Source: an uncultured Anaerolineaceae bacterium (lineage in GTDB: Bacteria > Chloroflexota > Anaerolineae > JAAYZQ01). Taken from it: a stretch of 64,000 bases of DNA. The position numbers were made by a program, and so were the translations under genes. Location: NCBI GenBank assembly GCA_964593865.1, contig CAZQKE010000089.1, positions 1,358-65,357 of the forward strand, in the 5' to 3' direction. The notes under the pieces are model-generated. The model was given only the letters and a program-made list of their open reading frames with translations. It was not told the DNA's origin and ran no database searches. Of the stretch, positions 57,531 through 64,000 are shown piece by piece; position 1 is the first letter of the stretch; every line of letters begins with the position of its first letter.

Positions 57531-57715
57531 TGCTTCCGCTGCCGCTGGCCGAAAGGGGTGGGATGGCTTCGGCTCATACGGTCCCGGCGGCGCTCCCCTT
57601 GCGCCGGACCGCCGCGCGGGAGGGCACAGGCCCGAAAGCTTGGGCTGCGGCGAGGCCGAGATTTTGGAGTGGAAAGGAGGTCTGCGGATCAAAAGTGCGC
57701 GGATTTTGGTACACG

Positions 57716-58708
57716 ATGCTGCGCAGCCTGACAGACCACAAGAGTCGTCGTACCCGAATGTGGGTGCTTCTCTTGTTGTTGGCCCTGCCGACCGTGTTGC
57801 CTGTTTACGCGCAGGGGCAGCGGGTGCATGTTGTCCGGCGGGGGGAAACCCTCTACAGCATCGCCCGGCGTTACGGGACGACCGTGACCGCCATTGTCCA
57901 AGCCAACGGTTTGACCGATCCCGGCTTCATCTATGCCGGGCAGCGGTTGGTCATTCCCGGCAGCGGGAGCAGCGGCGCGACGGCTGCCGGCAGGACCTAC
58001 ATCGTCCGCCCCGGCGATACCCTATCGGCCATTGCTTACCGTTATGGAACGACGGTGGCAGCCCTTGCCCAGGCCAACGGCTTGCGCGATCCCCGCTTGA
58101 TCTATGTCGGGCAGCGGCTTGTCATCCCCGGCGGTGGTGGGGATGGCGTGGCTCCTACCGGCGGAACCTATGTCGTCCGCGCCGGGGATACGCTGGCATC
58201 TATTGCCTACCGCCACGGAACCACGGTGGCGGCCCTTGTCCGGGCCAACGGTCTGCGCAATCCCAATTTCATCTACCCCGGTCAGCGGCTGACCATCCCC
58301 GCCGGGGGTGCGGCTCCGGCGGCGGGCGGCGGCAAGCGCATCGTCGTAGACCTTTCGGCCCAACGGATGTATGTTTACCAGGACGGTCAATTGCTCTGGA
58401 ACTGGGTTGTTTCTACAGGGCGGCCCGGTCAGGCAACGGCGGTGGGCCACTACAAAGTGCTGAACAAGATCCCCAACGCTTATGCTTCCACCTGGGGCCT
58501 GCAAATGCCCTATTGGTTGGGCATCTATTGGGCCGGTAGTTTGCAGAACGGCATCCACGCCCTGCCCATCATGTCCGACGGTCGGCGGCTGTGGGAAGGC
58601 TACTTGGGGACGCCCGTCTCCTTCGGTTGTATCATCCTCAGCACGGAGAACGCCCGAACCTTGTACAACTGGGCCACGGTCGGTACGCCGGTGGATATTG
58701 TCTGGTGA
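57716..58708 (+). CDS. Secreted peptidoglycan-binding protein: four LysM repeats plus a C-terminal YkuD-type L,D-transpeptidase catalytic domain
   Basis: Signal peptide. Four copies of a YxVxxGDTLxxIAxRYGTTVxAxxxANGL repeat. Catalytic HYKVL...SFGCIIL (His/Cys). Confidence 0.85.
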   Translation: MLRSLTDHKSRRTRMWVLLLLLALPTVLPVYAQGQRVHVVRRGETLYSIARRYGTTVTAIVQANGLTDPGFIYAGQRLVIPGSGSSGATAAGRTYIVRPGDTLSAIAYRYGTTVAALAQANGLRDPRLIYVGQRLVIPGGGGDGVAPTGGTYVVRAGDTLASIAYRHGTTVAALVRANGLRNPNFIYPGQRLTIPAGGAAPAAGGGKRIVVDLSAQRMYVYQDGQLLWNWVVSTGRPGQATAVGHYKVLNKIPNAYASTWGLQMPYWLGIYWAGSLQNGIHALPIMSDGRRLWEGYLGTPVSFGCIILSTENARTLYNWATVGTPVDIVW

Positions 58709-59892
58709 TGATGATGACACATCACGCGATCCCGACGGAGGCCGGAAGATTCCAGGCCGACCGCGTGGTGACGATCAGCGCGGGCCATGCCGTCCACGAC
58801 ACTTATACCGCCTTTTTGAATCCCCTCCTCCCTGCTTTTAGGGAGAATTTGGCCCTTTCCAACACGGAGGCGGGGTTGTTGTCGGTGTTTACCCAGGGGC
58901 CATCCTTATTGCAACCGGTCATCGGTCACCTGGCCGACCGCAAAGACTTGAGTCGCTTGGTGATCCTGACTCCGGCCATCACGGCGACGGCCATGGGGCT
59001 GTTGGGCATTGCCCCCGGTTACCTGGTGTTGGCTTTGCTGCTTTTGGTCGTCGGCCTTAGTTCGGCGACGCTCCATGCCGTTGCTCCTGTGGTCGCCGGG
59101 CGACTTTCGGGCCGAAGCCTGGGGCGGGGCATGGGGATTTGGATGCTGGGCGGTGAGTTGGGGCGGTTCCTGGGGCCGTTGGTCATCGGTGCTTACTTTT
59201 TGCTCCACCCCGAAAGCTTGCGCAGCTTGCCCTTGCTAATGGTCGGTGGATGGCTGGCTTCGGCTCTGCTCTACATCCGGCTGCAGGGGGTGGAGTGGCG
59301 GCCTGCCGACGGCGACAACGGTCTGCCCTGGCGTCAGGCATTGCGGAGCATGGGGCCGTTCTTGATCCCGCTGGCGGTCATAATCGCCGTGCGTTCCTTC
59401 ATGTCTGCTGCGTTGACCACCTATTTGCCCCTCTTTTTGGTGGACGAAGGGGCGGCGACGGCAACGGCCAGTTTCTCCCTTTCCATTTTGGAAGCGGCGG
59501 GCGTTGCCGGAGCGCTGTTGGGGGGGAGCTTGAGCGACCGACTGGGCAGGCGAAAGATGTTGCTTCTTTCCTTGCTCGGCACACCGCCGTTGATGCTGGC
59601 CTTCTTGTTCGCCGATGGTTGGCTTCGCCTTCCGTTGTTGTTGCTGTTGGGACTTGTGGCTCTTTCGGTGACGCCGGTCATCATGGCCCTGGTGCAGGAA
59701 AGCTTCCCGGAAAGCCGTGCCCTGGCGAACGGAACCTACATGGCCTTGAGCTTCGGCATCCGCGCCGGGGTGATAGTCGTCGTCGGGCGGATGGGCGACA
59801 TGTGGGGGTTGTCGCCGGCCTTTGGCTTCAGTGCGCTGATCCCCTTGCTGGGCGTGCCTTTTCTTTGGATGCTGCCCGCCCGGAGCCGCTGA
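58708..59892 (+). CDS. MFS transporter
   Basis: 12 TM helices. MFS signature around GRLSDRLGRRK. ATG overlaps the upstream stop (ATGA), indicating translational coupling. Confidence 0.8.
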   Translation: MMMTHHAIPTEAGRFQADRVVTISAGHAVHDTYTAFLNPLLPAFRENLALSNTEAGLLSVFTQGPSLLQPVIGHLADRKDLSRLVILTPAITATAMGLLGIAPGYLVLALLLLVVGLSSATLHAVAPVVAGRLSGRSLGRGMGIWMLGGELGRFLGPLVIGAYFLLHPESLRSLPLLMVGGWLASALLYIRLQGVEWRPADGDNGLPWRQALRSMGPFLIPLAVIIAVRSFMSAALTTYLPLFLVDEGAATATASFSLSILEAAGVAGALLGGSLSDRLGRRKMLLLSLLGTPPLMLAFLFADGWLRLPLLLLLGLVALSVTPVIMALVQESFPESRALANGTYMALSFGIRAGVIVVVGRMGDMWGLSPAFGFSALIPLLGVPFLWMLPARSR

Positions 59893-59950
59893 TCCGGTGG
59901 GGGTGGGCTTGCCAACGGAAAACCTGCCGTTGCGTGTTGGGGGAAAGATC

Positions 59951-61222
59951 ATGAAAAGACGAGCCATCCATGAGCGTGTCGTCATTACCGGCATGGGAGC
60001 CATTACCTCTGTGGGCCTGAATGTGGAGGAGACGTGGCGGAACCTGCTGGCCGGACGGTCGGGAATCGCCGCCATCACCCAGTTTGACGCCAGCCACCTG
60101 CCGGTTCGCATTGCCGGGGAGATCAAGGGTTTTGATCCCACCGAGTACATCCCTTTCAAGGAGGCGCGGCGTATGGCCCGTGCTTCCCAGTTGGCCCTGG
60201 CAGCCAGCGTGCAGGCCATGCAGGATGCCGGTCTGGGCGAACGGGTCCCCGTGCCGGAGCGGTCGGGGGTGATTGTGGGGACCGGCGTCGGTGGCCTGGA
60301 TGCGGGCTTTGCTGCCTGGAAGACCTATCAGGCCAAAGGGTTGCGGCGGGTCAATCCCTTTGCCGCAATGTCCGTCTTGTGCAACATGCCTGCCCACCAC
60401 GTGAGCCATCGCTTCCAATGCCAAGCGTACAACAACACCACCGTCACCGCTTGTGCGGCGGGGACCATTGCCATCGGTGACGCCGCCGAAGCGATCCGGC
60501 GGGGGGCCGCCGACCTGATGCTGGCCGGTGGGGTGGAGGGCATGATCCACGAGGTGATCATCGGTGCATTTTCCATCATGCGCGTCCTGGCGACCGATAA
60601 CGAACACCCGGAGCAGGCGTGCAAACCCTTTGACGCCCGCCGTGACGGTTTCTGCAGCGCGGAAGGGGTGGCCATGGTGGTTCTGGAGCGGCTGGACAAG
60701 GCGATGGAACGGGGCGCAACCATTTACGCCGAGGTTCTGGGGTATGCCGCCAGTTCGGATGCCTTCCATGCTGCTATTCCCGACCCGGAAGGAGCGGGGG
60801 CGGTGCGTGCCATGAAATGGGCATTGGAGGATGCCGGGATCGCGCCGGAGGAGGTTGACTATATCAATGCCCACGGCCCCGGTACGGTGGTAGGCGATCC
60901 CATAGAGACCAAGGCCATCAAAACCGTGTTCGGCGACCATGCCTACCGTGTGCCGATCAGCTCCACCAAGTCCATGACCGGCCATGCCTTGGGGGGCAGC
61001 GGGGCCATTGAGACGGTCGTTTGCGCCAAAACCATCGGCGAGGGTATCATCCATCCGACCATCAACTATCAGGTTCCCGATCCGGAGTGCGATTTGGACT
61101 ATGTACCCAACGTCGCCCGCAAGGCGGAGGTCCGCACGACGCTCAACAATTCCTTTGGGCTGGGAGGGCAGAACGCTTGCTTGGTCTTGCGCCGTTTTGA
61201 GGGACTTGAGGAGAGAACATGA
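59951..61222 (+). CDS. fabF: 3-oxoacyl-ACP synthase II
   Basis: Active-site Cys (TACAAG), catalytic His-His (HGPGT, GHALG), KAS II length. Start trimmed to MKRRAIHERVVITGMG. Confidence 0.9.
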   Translation: MKRRAIHERVVITGMGAITSVGLNVEETWRNLLAGRSGIAAITQFDASHLPVRIAGEIKGFDPTEYIPFKEARRMARASQLALAASVQAMQDAGLGERVPVPERSGVIVGTGVGGLDAGFAAWKTYQAKGLRRVNPFAAMSVLCNMPAHHVSHRFQCQAYNNTTVTACAAGTIAIGDAAEAIRRGAADLMLAGGVEGMIHEVIIGAFSIMRVLATDNEHPEQACKPFDARRDGFCSAEGVAMVVLERLDKAMERGATIYAEVLGYAASSDAFHAAIPDPEGAGAVRAMKWALEDAGIAPEEVDYINAHGPGTVVGDPIETKAIKTVFGDHAYRVPISSTKSMTGHALGGSGAIETVVCAKTIGEGIIHPTINYQVPDPECDLDYVPNVARKAEVRTTLNNSFGLGGQNACLVLRRFEGLEERT

Positions 61223-61908
61223 AACAGATCACCAACGAGAAAAAGATCGTGCGGGGGGCGCGGGTGGGCAAAGTTGCCACCTTGATCGGCCTGGGGTTCT
61301 TGGTAGGGGGGTTGATCATCTCTTTGGTCTTTCAAGATTCGCCCCAGTTGTGGCTTTCTTTCCTCTGTTTGCTCCTGGGGTTGATCGTCTCCAGCATCGG
61401 TACGGCGAATATGAACCGTTGGGTGCGTGAACCACGCGCCGATCAGGCCCTGGCCCGTGCCCTCAAAGGGTTTGATGACCGTTATAAACTCTACAACTAT
61501 TGCTTGCCTGCCCCTCACGTTCTGCTCAGTCCACTGGGCCTGTTTGTCCTCACCGCCCTGGGCCACGATGGAACGATCCGTTTTGACGGCAAAAAGTTCC
61601 GCCGTGATTTCAGCTTGGGCCGCCTTTTGCGCTTCATGGCCGAGGAGGGCTTGGGCAATCCTCTGGCCGAAGCCGATGCCCAGGTGCAGGCGTTGCAGAA
61701 ACTCCTCCAGGCCCATGGGGTGGAGGCAGAGGTCAAAAACATTTTGGTCTTTTTCAGTCCCCAGGTTCGGCTGGAGGTGCAGGACCCGCCTCGCCCTGTG
61801 GTCGTTCCCAAAGGGCTGAAAAAAGCACTGCGCAAGATGGGAGATAAAATTCCGGGGGAGCAGTACCGTCGGCTGGAGCAACTGCTTGAATCTGAAGCGG
61901 AGTTGTGA
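61219..61908 (+). CDS. NERD (nuclease-related domain) protein with two N-terminal TM helices
   Basis: TM pair, then a NERD-like core (YKLYNYCLPAPHVLLSPLGLFVLTALGHDGTIRF). Start overlaps the fabF stop (ATGA). Confidence 0.55.
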   Translation: MKQITNEKKIVRGARVGKVATLIGLGFLVGGLIISLVFQDSPQLWLSFLCLLLGLIVSSIGTANMNRWVREPRADQALARALKGFDDRYKLYNYCLPAPHVLLSPLGLFVLTALGHDGTIRFDGKKFRRDFSLGRLLRFMAEEGLGNPLAEADAQVQALQKLLQAHGVEAEVKNILVFFSPQVRLEVQDPPRPVVVPKGLKKALRKMGDKIPGEQYRRLEQLLESEAEL

Positions 61909-61911
61909 TCT

Positions 61912-63033
61912 TTACAGGAGGCGCAGCAAGCGATCCAGGTCCTCCTCTGTGTTGTAAAAATGGGGGGCGACACGGATCAACCCACCCCGCAGGGAGATGA
62001 TGACGTCTGCTTTTTGCAGTCGTCGGGCCAACGCCTCCGAGGTGATGGTGGGGTGCCGGAAGCAGACGATCCCCGAACGCTCGCTGCGGTCGGCGATGGG
62101 TGAGGCGATCTCGCAGCCACGCGCCTGCAGCCCGGCGATGAGAAAGTCGGTCAGGGCAAGGATGCGCCGTTCAATGCGCTCTATGCCCACCTCCAGCAGC
62201 AATTCAACGGCCGCCGCCATGCCTACCAATCCGACCTGGTTGAGCGACCCCGGCTCGAACCGCTCCCCTGTCTTGCGCAGCGGTGAATCGTAACGGTAAT
62301 AGTCGTCGCGGTCTACGACGGATCGCCAGCCGCTCATCACCGGTTCCAGCAGAGGGAGCCGGTTGCGTTGCACGTAAAGAAAGCCTGCGCCGATAGGTCC
62401 CAACATCCATTTGGCGGCATGGGCTGCCATGAAATCCAAAGGCGTTTCCTCCAGGCTGAAGCGCAGTGCCCCCAAGCCTTGAATGCCGTCTACGCACAGG
62501 AGAACTCCCCTCTCGCGGCAGAGGCGGCCCAGGGCGGCCAGGTCGTTGCGGTAGCCGCTGCCGAATTCAACCCAGCTGATGGCGACTAAACGGGTTCGCC
62601 CATCCATCAGGGCGGCGATGTCCGTCGGGGTGATGCGGTAGTCGTGGGCCGGGGCAAAACGAACCTCCACGCCGCGCCGCTGCAGGTTGACCCAGGGGTA
62701 GACATTGGCCGGAAATTCGGTCTCGGCACAGATCAGGTTGTCGCCGGGCTGCCAGGGCAACCCTGCGGCGACGATGTTCAGCCCGTGGGAGACGCTGCCG
62801 GTCAGTACGATTTCGTCGCGGTGGGCGCCGATCAGCTTGGCGCACAGGCGGCGAATCCCCTCCAGACGGTCTTCCCAGTCGTGCAACGCTTCGCTGCCGC
62901 CTTGCGCCCGTTCGGCCAGGTAGCGGTTCATGGCCTTTGTCACCGGATCGGGCAGGGCGGCAACGGAGGCGTGGTTGAGGTAAGCGTAACGGCGGGTGAC
63001 GGGAAACAGAGGGCGGAACGCGCTCAGGTCCAT
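61912..63033 (-). CDS. Class V aminotransferase (cysteine desulfurase / selenocysteine lyase-like)
   Basis: PLP-fold motifs and Lys region (CAETEFPANVY...SWVEFGSGYR). Length typical of class V. Confidence 0.75.
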   Translation of the reverse strand: MDLSAFRPLFPVTRRYAYLNHASVAALPDPVTKAMNRYLAERAQGGSEALHDWEDRLEGIRRLCAKLIGAHRDEIVLTGSVSHGLNIVAAGLPWQPGDNLICAETEFPANVYPWVNLQRRGVEVRFAPAHDYRITPTDIAALMDGRTRLVAISWVEFGSGYRNDLAALGRLCRERGVLLCVDGIQGLGALRFSLEETPLDFMAAHAAKWMLGPIGAGFLYVQRNRLPLLEPVMSGWRSVVDRDDYYRYDSPLRKTGERFEPGSLNQVGLVGMAAAVELLLEVGIERIERRILALTDFLIAGLQARGCEIASPIADRSERSGIVCFRHPTITSEALARRLQKADVIISLRGGLIRVAPHFYNTEEDLDRLLRLL

Positions 63034-63049
63034 AGGTGATTCCGTGGTA

Positions 63050-63802
63050 TCAATCCCGCAATGCGCGGACGATGGCCGGGAGCACCTGGGTTACATCGCC
63101 GTGGATGACCACATCGGCCCGCCGGTCGAAAGCTGTTGGCTGTAGATTGACGATAATTGCCCGCGCTCCGTGGTCTACGGCCAGGGTGGGGATGTCGGCA
63201 GCGGGCATGACCTCCAGAGAGGAGCCGGAGACGAGGATCAGGTCACAGCGACGGGCCTCGGCCAGGGCGCGGTTGAGGATCTGGATAGGCAGTTGTTCGC
63301 CGAAAAGGATGACGTTGGGCTTGAGGGGGCCGCCACAGGCGCAGCGGGGGACGCGGCCTGATCGTACTTCTTCTTCCAGGGCCGCATCTACCGGATACGT
63401 TCTGTAGCAACGGATGCAGGTTGCCTCCCGCAAGTGGCCGTGGATCTCCAATACGTGCCGGGAACCGGCTTTTTGGTGCAGGGCGTCGATATTTTGGGTA
63501 ATGATGGTCTTGAGGTAGCCCAGGGATTCCAGTTCGGCCAGGGCGGTGTGGGCCGGGTTGGGTTCGGCGTGGAGCAGAAGATCCATCATAGGACGGATCC
63601 AATCGTAAAAGGCTTGGGGCTGCAGGCGGAAGGCCCAAATGGAGGCGACCAGCAAGGGGTTGGCCTTTTCCCATAGGCCGGAGCCGGGGCTGCGGAAATC
63701 GGGGATGCCGGAAGCGGTGCTCTGCCCCGCGCCGGTCAGGGCGATCATGTGCCGCGAATGGCGGATCAAATCCACAGCGCGTTCAATATCCTTGGCATTC
63801 AT
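63050..63802 (-). CDS. cobB: NAD-dependent protein deacylase, Sir2 family
   Basis: [14 protein letters not shown], zinc ribbon CxxC...CxxC (CIRCY...CACGG), catalytic His. Start re-picked at MNAKDI with an AAAGGA SD. Confidence 0.85.
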   Translation of the reverse strand: MNAKDIERAVDLIRHSRHMIALTGAGQSTASGIPDFRSPGSGLWEKANPLLVASIWAFRLQPQAFYDWIRPMMDLLLHAEPNPAHTALAELESLGYLKTIITQNIDALHQKAGSRHVLEIHGHLREATCIRCYRTYPVDAALEEEVRSGRVPRCACGGPLKPNVILFGEQLPIQILNRALAEARRCDLILVSGSSLEVMPAADIPTLAVDHGARAIIVNLQPTAFDRRADVVIHGDVTQVLPAIVRALRD

Positions 63803-64000
63803 GAGGGTCCTTTCCGTTGTTGGGTGGCAGGAGGAAATGCTCCCCGTGACGCACCCTGGGAGGGTGTCGGCCACAATGCCATTTGCCTTTCGCCGATCTG
63901 AATCGCCGCGCCCCCGGCTACCTTGTGTGCCCAGCGCGTTGTCTCCGGCAGACGATAGCGGGTAGTACAGCGCAACACAAAATCAACGGCCGTCGGCAGG

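Noticed and set aside
1-64000. CRISPR arrays, transposases, integrases or phage structural genes
   Set aside because: No regularly spaced direct repeats of CRISPR type and no recognisable transposase or integrase motifs (DDE, tyrosine-recombinase RxxRH...Y) in any frame. The only multi-copy element is the short hairpin repeat reported above.

Overview
This is a high-GC (about 65%) bacterial chromosomal segment, gene-dense on both strands, with no CRISPR array, rRNA gene, IS element or prophage visible. I supported about 65 protein genes, five tRNAs (Tyr on minus; Phe-Gly-Cys-Leu on plus) flanking metG, several promoters, and one bidirectional terminator. Housekeeping content includes a BMP-family ABC transporter, upp, dCMP deaminase, transaldolase, mutS2, lon, hsp20, dtd, glmS, metG, rimO, trxB, fabF, cobB, hypB, mogA and hutI. 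The three candidate systems I would look at first: (1) 14750..19278, a catalytically degenerate P-type ATPase homolog (phosphorylation Asp lost, TGES lost) in a tight operon with a membrane bPH_2 + AlbA_2 (Schlafen-like) protein and a translationally coupled NUDIX hydrolase, facing two CheY-like receivers. (2) 30386..34145, a receiver followed by a PHP (TrpH/RNase AM-like) + AlbA_2 fusion with a poly-Lys N-terminus, then a classical-clade AAA ATPase with an N-terminal winged-helix domain. (3) 36162..40630, an HTH+PocR regulator with DsrE2, TusA, an HdrE/DsrM-like b-type membrane subunit, an HdrD/DsrK-like Fe-S/CCG subunit, a small Trp-rich protein, and glutaredoxin, which looks like a persulfide relay feeding a membrane heterodisulfide-reductase-like complex. 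Other items: a ~115-150 nt hairpin-forming intergenic repeat family in three copies, a low-GC islet with a lipoprotein and a beta-helix pseudogene fragment, an attenuator-like metG leader, and a strong outward promoter at the window start. The ORF track calls TTG and GTG starts as M, so many start coordinates were re-picked from SD spacing. All function calls are from motif recognition by eye, not database searches.
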